Assembly (NCBI GenBank): GCA_963676795.2
Contig: CAXXTB010000001.1
Coordinates: 1,152,001 to 1,216,000 of the forward strand
Source: Geopsychrobacteraceae bacterium
GTDB lineage: Bacteria > Desulfobacterota > Desulfuromonadia > Desulfuromonadales > Geopsychrobacteraceae
Reading direction: 5' to 3'
DNA: 64,000 nucleotides
Each line of letters starts with the position of its first letter. Within the stretch, counting starts at the first letter, position 1. Position numbers and translations under genes: made by a program. The notes under the pieces are model-generated. The model was given only the letters and a program-made list of their open reading frames with translations. It was not told the origin of the DNA and ran no database searches. Positions 9,506 to 18,546 of this stretch are shown piece by piece.

Positions 9506-11095
9506 CTAAAGCTCCAGACAGGCCGCAGGCAGCTTGATGGTGAAGCAGCTCCCGCCCGCTGGATTGTCACTGACTTCCAGGGTTCCCTGGTACTCGGCGA
9601 TGATTTTCCGGCACAGGTAGAGCCCGAGCCCGGTGCCTGTTCCGTCCTTGCGGGAGGTGAAGAACGGTTCGAAGATTCTTTCTTTCAGATCTTCAGGGAC
9701 GCCCGGTCCATTGTCGCAGAAATCGATCTGGATCCCGTCGAGTTGTGACCAGCTGGTGTGAACGCAGATCTGGCCATGGGGACCCATCGCCTGAACGGCA
9801 TTGAGAACCAGGTTGATGAAAATCTGCTTGAAGCGGTTCTTGTCGATGAAGATCGATGGCAGGGTCATGTCCAGATCGTTCTTCAGTGTGGTGTGTGATT
9901 TGTTCAGTTCATAGCGCAGCAGGGCGACAACATCCTTGACTGTGTCGTTGATATTGACCAGTTTGCGTTTGTCATCCTGGTTGCCGGAATAGGTCAGCAG
10001 TTCGGAAGTGAGGTTCTGCAGGCGTTCGACCTCGGTCTCGATCCGTTCGAGCAATTCCTGCTGATCATCCGAATAGACGCACTCTTCCTGAAGCAGCTGG
10101 CAGGCGTAGCCGATGACAGCCAGCGGATTGTTGATCTCATGAGCAACGCCTGCGCTCATGCGGCCGACTTCGGCCAGCTTCTCCGACTGGATGGTCTGGG
10201 CCAGCAGCTGTTCGAATTCGGTGATATCCTCGACGACGACGATCGCCCCGGTGGTTTTTTCCCCTTCCTTGAGCGGTCCCAGGCGGCGCTTCTGAAGGCG
10301 ACTTTCGCCTGTTCTGCCGCGGTGCAGCAGGCGCAGGCTCTGCGCTTTGCCGGTTTTGAGCACCCGGCGCAGGCGTTCGGCTACCCCTTCCTCTTCAAGG
10401 GTCGGAAACAGCTGCAGCAGCGGTTTACCCATCGCCTCTTCGGCCGGGATCTTGCTGATTTCAGCCATGCTCTGGTTCCAGGAGGTGATGCGCATCTGGG
10501 TATCTATCGTATAGATGCCGAGGCTGACGTTGGCCAGGATCTGCTGGTTGAGGTGTCCCAGCTTGTTCCGTTCGCGTGAAACGCGGCACAGGTCGCTATA
10601 GAGCTGGGCGTTGTCGATGGCGATGGCGGCCTGGCCGGCGAGGATCGAAAGGGCGTCGCAGTCGGTCGCGGTAAACGCCTCGCATTTGGTACTTTCAACG
10701 TTGAAGGCTCCGATGACCCGTTCCCTGGCGATCAGCGGCACCGCCAGTTCCGAGCAGGCCGCATCGATGCCGTGAATGTAGTCATCGTCTGAACTTAGGT
10801 TGTTGATCAGGTAGGGGCGGCCGTACTTGGCGGCCTTGCCCATAACCCCCTGTCCGAGCAGAATCGGTTCGGTCACCGCGTCGTCACTGTAGCCGTAGGA
10901 GGCGACGGTCTCCAGCTTTTGACCATCGGGGCTGATCAGGCGGATAATGGCGTTGTCGAAGCGGAAAACCTCGCGACTGATCTCCAGGATTCTTGGCAGC
11001 AGGCTGTCGATATCGGTGATAGAGGCCAGTTCCTTACCGACGTCGAGGAGTGCCCTGAACAGTATTTGATCTTGATCCGCCATGATCGATTTCAT
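9506..11095 (-). CDS. GAF-PAS sensor histidine kinase (GnfK-like by position next to glnK-amtB)
   Basis: GAF and PAS domains, H-box AHEINNPL, and N/G boxes NAVQA, DNGPG, GTGLGL. Confidence 0.9.
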   Translation of the reverse strand: MKSIMADQDQILFRALLDVGKELASITDIDSLLPRILEISREVFRFDNAIIRLISPDGQKLETVASYGYSDDAVTEPILLGQGVMGKAAKYGRPYLINNLSSDDDYIHGIDAACSELAVPLIARERVIGAFNVESTKCEAFTATDCDALSILAGQAAIAIDNAQLYSDLCRVSRERNKLGHLNQQILANVSLGIYTIDTQMRITSWNQSMAEISKIPAEEAMGKPLLQLFPTLEEEGVAERLRRVLKTGKAQSLRLLHRGRTGESRLQKRRLGPLKEGEKTTGAIVVVEDITEFEQLLAQTIQSEKLAEVGRMSAGVAHEINNPLAVIGYACQLLQEECVYSDDQQELLERIETEVERLQNLTSELLTYSGNQDDKRKLVNINDTVKDVVALLRYELNKSHTTLKNDLDMTLPSIFIDKNRFKQIFINLVLNAVQAMGPHGQICVHTSWSQLDGIQIDFCDNGPGVPEDLKERIFEPFFTSRKDGTGTGLGLYLCRKIIAEYQGTLEVSDNPAGGSCFTIKLPAACLEL

Positions 11096-11147
11096 CTCTA
11101 TAAAGAAGGATTGGTCAATAAATTTTACAAATGATCAGCATGATATA

Positions 11148-11163
11148 AGCAGGAAAGATGCCA
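11148..11163 (-). promoter_or_regulatory. sigma54 promoter of the histidine kinase gene
   Basis: TGGCAT-CTTTC-CTGCT on the minus strand (GG-N10-GC), about 55 bp upstream of the start. Confidence 0.65.
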
Positions 11164-11262
11164 AACTGCGGATATGCGGTATAGCGCTGTATGGTGTATA
11201 TCTTGGCCTGGTTTCTGCAAGTTTTTTGGTCACATTTTATTCATCAACCGAAAGGTTTGCCT

Positions 11263-13017
11263 ATGATCGCCTCACATTCGACCTTGCAGCAACGAATCAG
11301 GGAGCGGCTTGACTTCCTGTTCCCCGACGCCGATGGCGAAGATCTCTATCGCCGGGTCATGGCCGTTATCGATCAGTATCAGATCTATCTCGGTCGCCGC
11401 CAGCCCTACCGCCACTGGAATCAGCAGGATGTCATGCTGATCAGCTACGGTGACTCGATCCGTACCGAAGGTAGCCTGCCGCTCCAGACTCTCAACCGTT
11501 TTCTCAATGATTATCTGATCGGCGTTGTCAGTACCGTCCACCTGCTGCCGTTTTTTCCTTACAGCTCGGACGACGGCTTTGCCGTCATCGATTACCTGCA
11601 GGTCAATCCGCGGCTCGGCTCCTGGAACGATGTCGCCGAGATCGATCGCAACTTCGACCTGATGTTCGACCTGGTCATCAACCATATCTCCAGCCAGCAC
11701 CAGTGGTTTCAGAAGTTCCTCCAGGACGAGCACCCCTGGCGCAAATATTTTATCTGTCCGCCGGTCGATGCCGACTTAGGCCAGGTGGTCCGGCCGCGGG
11801 CGACCCCGCTGCTGACCCTGGTTGCCACCGCCGCCGGAGAGCAGAACGTCTGGACGACCTTCAGCGCCGATCAGGTTGATGTCGATTTCTCCAATCCGGA
11901 GGTGCTCATCGAGTATCTGCAGATCCTGCTCAGTTACCTTGAAAACGGTGCCCGTTTTATCCGCCTCGATGCCATCGGTTTTCTGTGGAAGGAGTACGGA
12001 ACCAGTTGTATCAACCTGGCTCAGACCCATGAGGTGGTGCGCCTGTTGCGCGATGTCGTTGACCTGGCTGCACCGGGAACTGTGCTGCTGACCGAAACCA
12101 ACGTGCCGCATCAGCAGAACGTCAGCTACTTCGGTGACAGCGACGAAGCGCACATGGTCTACCAGTTCAGCCTGGCGCCATTGCTGCTGCACGGGCTTTA
12201 CCGTGGCACCTCGCAATACCTCAACGACTGGGCGCGCAGCAGCTGCCTGACCCCGCCCGGCTGTACCTTCCTCAACTTTACCGCCTCCCACGATGGCATC
12301 GGCATGCGCCCCCTGGAAGGCCTGATTCCGCAAGGGGAGGTCGATCTGCTCCTGCACGGTATGGAGAAGTACGGCGGCATGATCAGTTACCGCAGCCGGG
12401 ATGATGGCAGTAAGAGTGCCTATGAAATCAACATCACCTATTTCGATGCCCTAAATGGCACCTGGATGGGCGAGGACAGCTGGCAGATCGCCCGGTTTCT
12501 GCTCGCCCAGACTCTGATGATGGCGCTACGCGGCATACCGGCGCTTTATATCCACAGTCTGCTGGCCACGCCGAACGATCACGATGGGGTTGAAAAAAGC
12601 GGCCGGGCGCGGATGATCAACCGCCACAGCTGGGATGAAGAAAAACTCAAAACCCTGCTCGACGATCCAAACTCAACACAAGCGATCGTCTTCAATGAAC
12701 TGCGCCGCCGGATCAAGATCCGCACCGCCCAGCCCGCCTTCCACCCCGACGCCCGCCAGGAACTGGTCCATCTAGGTGACAGCCTGTTTGCCTTCTGGCG
12801 TCAGAGCTTAGACGGCAAACAGCGCATCCTCGCCGTCCATAATCTGACCGATCAGCTCAGAACCCTTTATCTGGGTGATGCCTTAAAGGGACCGCTCAAA
12901 GGAGAATGGAAAGGGCTGTTGACCGGTGAGGCAGTTGTCGGTGATCAGGGCGAGATTCGTCTGCCGCCGTACCATGTACTGTGGTTGACGAATGTCTCTG
13001 CAGTACATGATTCTTAA
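11263..13017 (+). CDS. GH13_18 sugar phosphorylase (glucosylglycerate/sucrose phosphorylase family)
   Basis: HLLPFFPYSSDDGFAV, DLVINH, WTTFSADQVD, RLDAIGFLWK, TETNVP, ASHDGIG, YEINITY; start at MIASH inferred. Confidence 0.9.
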   Translation: MIASHSTLQQRIRERLDFLFPDADGEDLYRRVMAVIDQYQIYLGRRQPYRHWNQQDVMLISYGDSIRTEGSLPLQTLNRFLNDYLIGVVSTVHLLPFFPYSSDDGFAVIDYLQVNPRLGSWNDVAEIDRNFDLMFDLVINHISSQHQWFQKFLQDEHPWRKYFICPPVDADLGQVVRPRATPLLTLVATAAGEQNVWTTFSADQVDVDFSNPEVLIEYLQILLSYLENGARFIRLDAIGFLWKEYGTSCINLAQTHEVVRLLRDVVDLAAPGTVLLTETNVPHQQNVSYFGDSDEAHMVYQFSLAPLLLHGLYRGTSQYLNDWARSSCLTPPGCTFLNFTASHDGIGMRPLEGLIPQGEVDLLLHGMEKYGGMISYRSRDDGSKSAYEINITYFDALNGTWMGEDSWQIARFLLAQTLMMALRGIPALYIHSLLATPNDHDGVEKSGRARMINRHSWDEEKLKTLLDDPNSTQAIVFNELRRRIKIRTAQPAFHPDARQELVHLGDSLFAFWRQSLDGKQRILAVHNLTDQLRTLYLGDALKGPLKGEWKGLLTGEAVVGDQGEIRLPPYHVLWLTNVSAVHDS

Positions 13018-13195
13018 GGTTGAGAGGCCTCTACTTAATGCTACAATTTTCGCAGATGTTTGTGAAATTTTCTAAGCAAAGAGGCTGATCTCCTTGTTGA
13101 ACCCAATAGTGCTGACGGTGATGCCCGGCGTGTTGAGTCAGAAGATTGGCCCTCGATAGAGATTTGGTATCGCTTTCACTGGGACAAAAATAAAT

Positions 13196-14245
13196 ATGCT
13201 CGAAAAACTCACCTCTTTTGGGCCGTTAACAATCACCGTCATAGCAGCTGGAGCGGTTCTCTGGCTGGCCCACTGGTTTCTCATCAAACGCCACCCGGAT
13301 ATCGGTAATGAGCGTATGTTCCCGCGTCAGCTCATTATGCTCGGGTTGACGCTTATCGCACTGCTGGTCTTTGTCTTTGCCTTGCCGGTCAGCGAGAGTT
13401 CGCGCAACCAACTTATGGCGTTGCTCGGAATTTTGATATCGGGAATTTTCGCATTCTCGTCGACAACCGTTACTTCTAACCTCATGGCGGGGGTTCTGAT
13501 GCGCATCACCAAGCCATTTAGGGTTGGTGACTTTATCCGGGTCGGTGAACATTTCGGCCGGGTTTCCGAACGTGGAATGTTCGATACGGAAATCCAGACG
13601 GAAACCCGTGAACTTATCGCTCTGCCAAATACTTACTGTATTAGCAACCCTGTGACGACAATCCGCAGTTCAGGGACCATTATCTCCGCTTCATTGTCGC
13701 TTGGTTACGATTTGGATCACAGGAAAATCGAACCATTGCTTGTACACGCGGCCGAAGCCTGTGGGTTGCTAGAGTCTTTCGTTCATATTCTGGAATTGGG
13801 TAACTTTTCAGTGACCTATCGCGTGTCGGGCTTACTCGAGGATCCGAAGCGTCTTATCTCCTCGCGTTCAAAACTCTACGGCTGCGTTTTGGACACCCTG
13901 CATAGTCAGGGGATTGAAATCATGTCACCCTCCTTTATGAACCAAAAAAGGCTCACTGATGACGCAAAAATGATACCTCCCACGACAGTTGTCACCCAAC
14001 CTGGGGAACCCGAATCTTCAGCGGAAGACATTGCTTTCGACAAGGCAGAGCAGGCCGAGCAGATGGAAAATGAAAAATTTCAGCTGAACGAGGAGATTGA
14101 AAATCTGGAAATGCTGTTGAAGCAGTCAGCAACGGATGAGGAGAAGCGCTCCCATGAGGCAACGCTCGAGAATGCTCAGGCGCGATTGAAGTCTCTTCAA
14201 GAGTCAGTCGCGAAAAATGGAGGGAAAAATGGTGTCACTGACTGA
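13196..14245 (+). CDS. MscS-family mechanosensitive channel protein
   Basis: Three TM segments then SNLMAG...PFRVGDFIRVGEHFGRV; coiled-coil tail. Confidence 0.85.
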   Translation: MLEKLTSFGPLTITVIAAGAVLWLAHWFLIKRHPDIGNERMFPRQLIMLGLTLIALLVFVFALPVSESSRNQLMALLGILISGIFAFSSTTVTSNLMAGVLMRITKPFRVGDFIRVGEHFGRVSERGMFDTEIQTETRELIALPNTYCISNPVTTIRSSGTIISASLSLGYDLDHRKIEPLLVHAAEACGLLESFVHILELGNFSVTYRVSGLLEDPKRLISSRSKLYGCVLDTLHSQGIEIMSPSFMNQKRLTDDAKMIPPTTVVTQPGEPESSAEDIAFDKAEQAEQMENEKFQLNEEIENLEMLLKQSATDEEKRSHEATLENAQARLKSLQESVAKNGGKNGVTD

Positions 14246-14450
14246 TCAACAAAGATCATCAGCAAGATTTTTAGAGGTTTTCAGTCAATAACGGGACGCC
14301 GCTGCATTTTTCAAGTACCAGATTAACCTGTTGAGCCGGTTATCTCATCTGCTAGGCTTAAGCTGATTTATGTTTAACTCATGAAAGAAAGTTCGATCAG
14401 TCAACCCTTAATTGAAAAGTCAGCTTCCACTGGATCTACAACTATCTGGG

Positions 14451-15190
14451 AGTTCCGGGGACAGTATATAGATCTTTGACAAAGACTTGTTGCCTGATAG
14501 TCTTTTTCTTATGGCGAGAATAGCACGAGTTATCGCACCGGGCTTGCCCCATCATGTAACGCAACGGGGCAACCGGCGGCAGACGACATTTTTTTGCGAT
14601 GAAGATTTTCAGATCTATATCGATCTGATGGCTCATTGGTGTGCCAAGTATCATGTGGATATCTGGGCTTGGTGCCTCATGCCAAACCATGTTCATTTAA
14701 TTGCGGTGCCAACAGATGAAGCCGGCCTGGCGCGTGCGATTGGTGAAGCGCATAGACGCTATACCCGACATGTCAATTTCCGTCATGATTGGCGGGGTCA
14801 TCTGTGGCAAGAACGTTTTGCTTCTTTCCCTATGGATGAAGCCCATCTTCTTGCCGCTGCGCGTTATATAGAAATGAACCCTGTCGCTGCAAACCTGGTC
14901 TCTGACCCTGGGCAGTACCCCTGGAGTAGTGCGAAAGCGCACCTCAATGACCAGGATGATGGTCTGGTTAATCGCGCTCCACTGTTGGATCTGGTTTCAG
15001 ACTGGCAAAGTTTCCTAAAGCTAAGTAACGAAGAAGAACTGGAGATTTTGCATAAACATGAGAAAACAGGGCGACCACTTGGGAATTTGTCATTTGTTGA
15101 AAGTATCGAAGTTCTATTAGCACGGACATTGCGGCCTCTGCCACCAGGGCCAAAGAAGAATGATTAGTTCTATATACTGTCCCCGGAACT
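14451..15190 (+). mobile_element. RAYT/Y1 transposase element bounded by perfect 22-bp inverted repeats
   Basis: AGTTCCGGGGACAGTATATAGA at 14451-14472 and its exact reverse complement at 15169-15190. Confidence 0.85.
14511..15167 (+). CDS. REP-associated tyrosine transposase (RAYT, IS200-like HUH Y1)
   Basis: MARIAR...HHVTQRGNRRQ, CLMPNHVHL (HUH), GHLWQERF, RYIEMNPV, YPWSS. Confidence 0.93.
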   Translation: MARIARVIAPGLPHHVTQRGNRRQTTFFCDEDFQIYIDLMAHWCAKYHVDIWAWCLMPNHVHLIAVPTDEAGLARAIGEAHRRYTRHVNFRHDWRGHLWQERFASFPMDEAHLLAAARYIEMNPVAANLVSDPGQYPWSSAKAHLNDQDDGLVNRAPLLDLVSDWQSFLKLSNEEELEILHKHEKTGRPLGNLSFVESIEVLLARTLRPLPPGPKKND

Positions 15191-15266
15191 GGTCAATCAT
15201 GTGGAGTTTAATCTATGAGACAGCAGTGTCCTATGATAGAGACTTTGCCGTCATAGGCATAAAACC

Positions 15267-15326
15267 ATATAACAAAGCTAATTCAGCCGACGCAAAAAGC
15301 CACGCGGCTGATTAGCAGCGTTAGGC
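15267..15326 (+). other. Integron attC site 1 (60 bp)
   Basis: R'' ATATAAC, L'' TAATTCAGCCG / L' CGGCTGATTA with an extrahelical base, R' GTTAGGC. Confidence 0.85.
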
Positions 15327-15351
15327 AGCGGAAATGTGAAAGGAATGAATA

Positions 15352-15762
15352 ATGTCAGAAATAGCCACAGGTTCTTGTACATGCCAGGCTGTCCAATACT
15401 CGGTTAAAGAAGAATTGAAATCGGTAGTTAACTGCCATTGCAATACATGCAAAAAAATGACTGGAAGCGCCTTTTCGGTCGTTGCATTGATTCAGGAACA
15501 AAATTTAGAAATCACAAAAGGTCAGGATAAAATTGCGACCTACTCAATTAGTGAGAATGCAACTAAGCATTTTTGTAGTGTATGCGGCTCACCAATCTAC
15601 AATGAACACAAGGCGTATCCCGGCCACTGCTTGCTCCCCGCAGGAACCCTAAATGATCCATCTGTTATAAATCCAGCAATGAACATTTTCTGTGAGAGCA
15701 TGTTGCCGTGGGTAAAAAATATCTCGGAACTGAAATCCTTTGACCAACTACCCCAGAAATAG
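15352..15762 (+). CDS. GFA/CENP-V family protein (gene cassette)
   Basis: GSCTC, NCHCNTCKK, HFCSVCGS motifs; bounded by GTTAGGC and GCCTAAC. Confidence 0.92.
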   Translation: MSEIATGSCTCQAVQYSVKEELKSVVNCHCNTCKKMTGSAFSVVALIQEQNLEITKGQDKIATYSISENATKHFCSVCGSPIYNEHKAYPGHCLLPAGTLNDPSVINPAMNIFCESMLPWVKNISELKSFDQLPQK

Positions 15763-15766
15763 GGTT

Positions 15767-15875
15767 GCCTAACCATGATCAACCGGACGAAAAATGCGTC
15801 TGCGCTAAATTGAAAATCAAAATTGTGGTGGTCGGCAAGCAGTTCGTCGCCGCCGGTTATCATGAACCGTTGAAT
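15767..15875 (+). other. Integron attC site 2 (109 bp)
   Basis: R'' GCCTAAC (complementary to the upstream GTTAGGC), CATGATCAACCGG / CCGGTTATCATG arms, R' GTTGAAT. Confidence 0.75.
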
Positions 15876-15892
15876 AATCCAGGGAGCCGTTT

Positions 15893-16362
15893 TTGGAAAT
15901 ACGTTTCATGAAAGAAGGTGATTTGTGCCAGGCCGCCGACATTCACAAGGAAGCTTTTGTCCGCCAACAAATGTCTTACGAATGGCTCGAATGCAATCTG
16001 AAGGCATTTCCACGCTTCCTCTGCTTTGTTGCTGAAATTGACAAAGACATTATCGGCTATATCATTTGGGCGCAGAAAAGTGGCTTCCGTCCGGAAGTTG
16101 TTCTTGAGTTGGAGCAGATCGCCGTTTCAACAAGCAGGCGAGGGCAGGGGATAGGGCGCAATCTTATCGAAGAATCCTTACCTCTGGTCCGTGAGCAGCT
16201 CGCAAAACGAGGGGCGACACTCAAGCACATCATTCGACCAGGGCGGATAATAGCGCGCAAAGGTTTTATCAAAAAACAATCGGTGCAGAGGCTGAAGCGA
16301 CAATATCAAACCTTTACTCTGCCGATGAAGTGCTGATGATCGCAAGAGATGTTGAACGATAA
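15893..16362 (+). pseudogene. GNAT acetyltransferase cassette gene with a frameshift near 16232
   Basis: GNAT motif A (LEQIAV...RRGQGIGRNLI). A plausible C-terminus STRADNSAQRFYQKTIGAEAEATISNLYSADEVLMIARDVER* continues in another frame. Confidence 0.75.
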
Positions 16363-16468
16363 AGATCAATTTACCGCGGCACGACTGCACAAACAGGTCA
16401 CTCCAGGTTTCATGCGGACGACGCTGCTGCCGATTATTTAATCCATATCAACTCTTGAGGGGGAACCC

Positions 16469-16915
16469 ATGCTGAACAGGTCTGACATCGCCGCAGAAAA
16501 GTTTTTGAGCGGCTTCAACTGCGCACAGTCCATTCTCTTTGCATTTCGTGATCTGGGCGATTTATCGGAAGAGGTGGCGCTGAAGATCGCATGCGGCTTG
16601 GGGGCTGGTATGGGACGCAAGGAAGAAGTTTGTGGTGCGGTCTCGGGCGGCATCCTTGCGTTGGGGATGAGATTCGGCCGTGGACCAAACGATGATTCCT
16701 CCGCTACGGATTTGACCTATCAAAAAACACGGGAGCTGATGGTCCATTTTTCCAGTAAGCATGGTTCCTGTATCTGTCGGAAACTGCTCAACGGTTGTGA
16801 GCTGACGACAGAAGAAGGGCAGAGGATGTTCAAGGAGAATGAGCTGAAGACGAAGACCTGTGTGCCATGCATTCGGACAGTTGCTGAAATTCTGGAACAG
16901 TTGCTTCTTGAATGA
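16469..16915 (+). CDS. C_GCAxxG_C_C family putative redox-active protein
   Basis: FNCAQS, EVCGAVSGG, SCICRKL, C-terminal C motifs. Confidence 0.9.
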   Translation: MLNRSDIAAEKFLSGFNCAQSILFAFRDLGDLSEEVALKIACGLGAGMGRKEEVCGAVSGGILALGMRFGRGPNDDSSATDLTYQKTRELMVHFSSKHGSCICRKLLNGCELTTEEGQRMFKENELKTKTCVPCIRTVAEILEQLLLE

Positions 16916-17035
16916 GCAGGCTAAGTTCCCATCTGTTATGCTATGCTCTGTCTCTTAATTGCCCATGAAAAATGAAAAATAGTCAAAGCTCATCGAACCT
17001 CAATTGAAAAGTCGCGTTGCAACGGATTTACAGCC

Positions 17036-18022
17036 ATGAAAATTGCCACATTGTCCTCCCTGTTTATCTCTGTTTTTCTCGTCCTCTTCACGGTTTTCGC
17101 CGGTCCGGCCTATGCCGAAGATGAGCCGCTCAGGTTTGATGTTTTTCTCGAACAGTTGCGCAGTGAAGCGCTGGAGCAAGGGATTTCCGAAAAGACCCTG
17201 GATCTGGCCTTCGCTGAGCTGAAGGCTCCGCAAAAGAAAGTTGTCCAAAAGGATCGGACTCAGCCGGAAGTTAAACAAACTCTGGAAAAATATCTGAAAA
17301 ACCGCACGGACAAGGCGCGCATCGATACTGGGCGCAAGATGCTGAAGACCTACCCGACCTGGCTGAACCGTATCGAGCGTAAATACGGTGTCCCGAAGCG
17401 GATTCTGGTGTCGTTGTGGGGGATAGAGTCGCATTACGGCAAAAGTTCCGGATCGATCCCTGTCGCGCAGTCGTTGACGACGCTTATCTATGAGGGGCGC
17501 CGCGCGGCGTTTTTTAAAAAAGAACTGTTCGTGGCTCTGCGTCTGGCCGATGACGGCCTGGTTCCTCTGGCCGGAATGTACGGATCCTGGGCCGGTGCAA
17601 TGGGGCAATTCCAGTTCATGCCGTCGAGCGTTCGCGTTTACGCGGTTGATGAAGACAACAGCGGAACCATCGACCTGTGGAAATCCGTTCCCGATTCACT
17701 GGGCTCAGCGGCCAATTATCTCGACCAGGTCGGTTGGGTCAGGGGGCAATCCTGGGGGCGGAGGGTTAAGCTGCCGAAGAATTTCGATTACTCCCAGGTT
17801 GGGCTGAAGATCCGTCAGCCGGTCACTTACTGGCGCGGGCTCGGCATCAAAAAGGTCAATGGTGGTTCGTTGCCAGGTTCAGCAATGGCGGCGTCAGTTA
17901 TCATGCCTGACGGGCCGCAAGGTTCTGCCTACCTGGTCTATGACAATTTCAGGGTGTTGATGCGCTGGAACAGGTCACAACTGTTCGCGATTACTGTCGG
18001 AGAGCTGGCAAATCGGTTCTAG
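17036..18022 (+). CDS. Lytic murein transglycosylase (MltB/SLT_2 family)
   Basis: Signal peptide, LWGIESHYG, GSWAGAMGQFQFMPSS, NFRVLMRWNRS. Confidence 0.92.
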   Translation: MKIATLSSLFISVFLVLFTVFAGPAYAEDEPLRFDVFLEQLRSEALEQGISEKTLDLAFAELKAPQKKVVQKDRTQPEVKQTLEKYLKNRTDKARIDTGRKMLKTYPTWLNRIERKYGVPKRILVSLWGIESHYGKSSGSIPVAQSLTTLIYEGRRAAFFKKELFVALRLADDGLVPLAGMYGSWAGAMGQFQFMPSSVRVYAVDEDNSGTIDLWKSVPDSLGSAANYLDQVGWVRGQSWGRRVKLPKNFDYSQVGLKIRQPVTYWRGLGIKKVNGGSLPGSAMAASVIMPDGPQGSAYLVYDNFRVLMRWNRSQLFAITVGELANRF

Positions 18023-18059
18023 CCAACCGACTGCCAAGCTGCGTTTGTTCCATATCCAT

Positions 18060-18498
18060 TCAAGCCGGATGCCAGCATCCGGCTTTTCGGTGGTGCGAAT
18101 CGAGGCGCGTAGCGTCTCGTCTGAGCGCGAGTCGTTTAGCTAGATCGTTGCTACGCAGAAAACAGCGAGCAGTTTACTATCGGTGCCTTTGACTGTAGCG
18201 TTTCTTTTGCCCCCTTTTCTTTTCGCAAAAAGAAAAGGGGGCGTCTGTCGGTGCGAGAACCGACGGTTGTCTGGTTTCTATAGAGTCAAAAATCAAGACC
18301 GGCGGGTCCCGGCCCGCCAGCCGGGTTCATTTTCTTTGTGGCGACAAAGAAAACGGAACCAAAAGAAAACGCTTGAAAACACTGACGTAGTTTGTTGCTG
18401 ACGCTCTTCGTAGCCTTGGGGCTGCTATTCTCTACAGGCTCAAACGTGTCGCTTTGCGACCCGAATTCGCGCAATCGCAAAGCCGGTTCCCGGCTTGA
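18060..18498. repeat. Nested-palindrome dispersed repeat, copy B (beta arms at both ends)
   Basis: Inverted ends TCAAGCCGG...CCGGCTT and AAGCCGGTTCCCGGCTTGA; 35 bp at 18463-18497 are identical to 56546-56580. Confidence 0.8.
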
Positions 18499-18546
18499 TA
18501 TGCATGAAACAGGCATTGCACGTTTTAATTCATTAAGTAGTTATAT

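Noticed and set aside
14244..14310. Possible attC after the mscS gene (GATCAAC...)
   Set aside because: No complementary L boxes or GTTRRRY were found at a suitable distance.
16363..16468. Expected third attC after the GNAT gene
   Set aside because: There is no ATTCAAC-like R'' matching GTTGAAT and no convincing palindrome.
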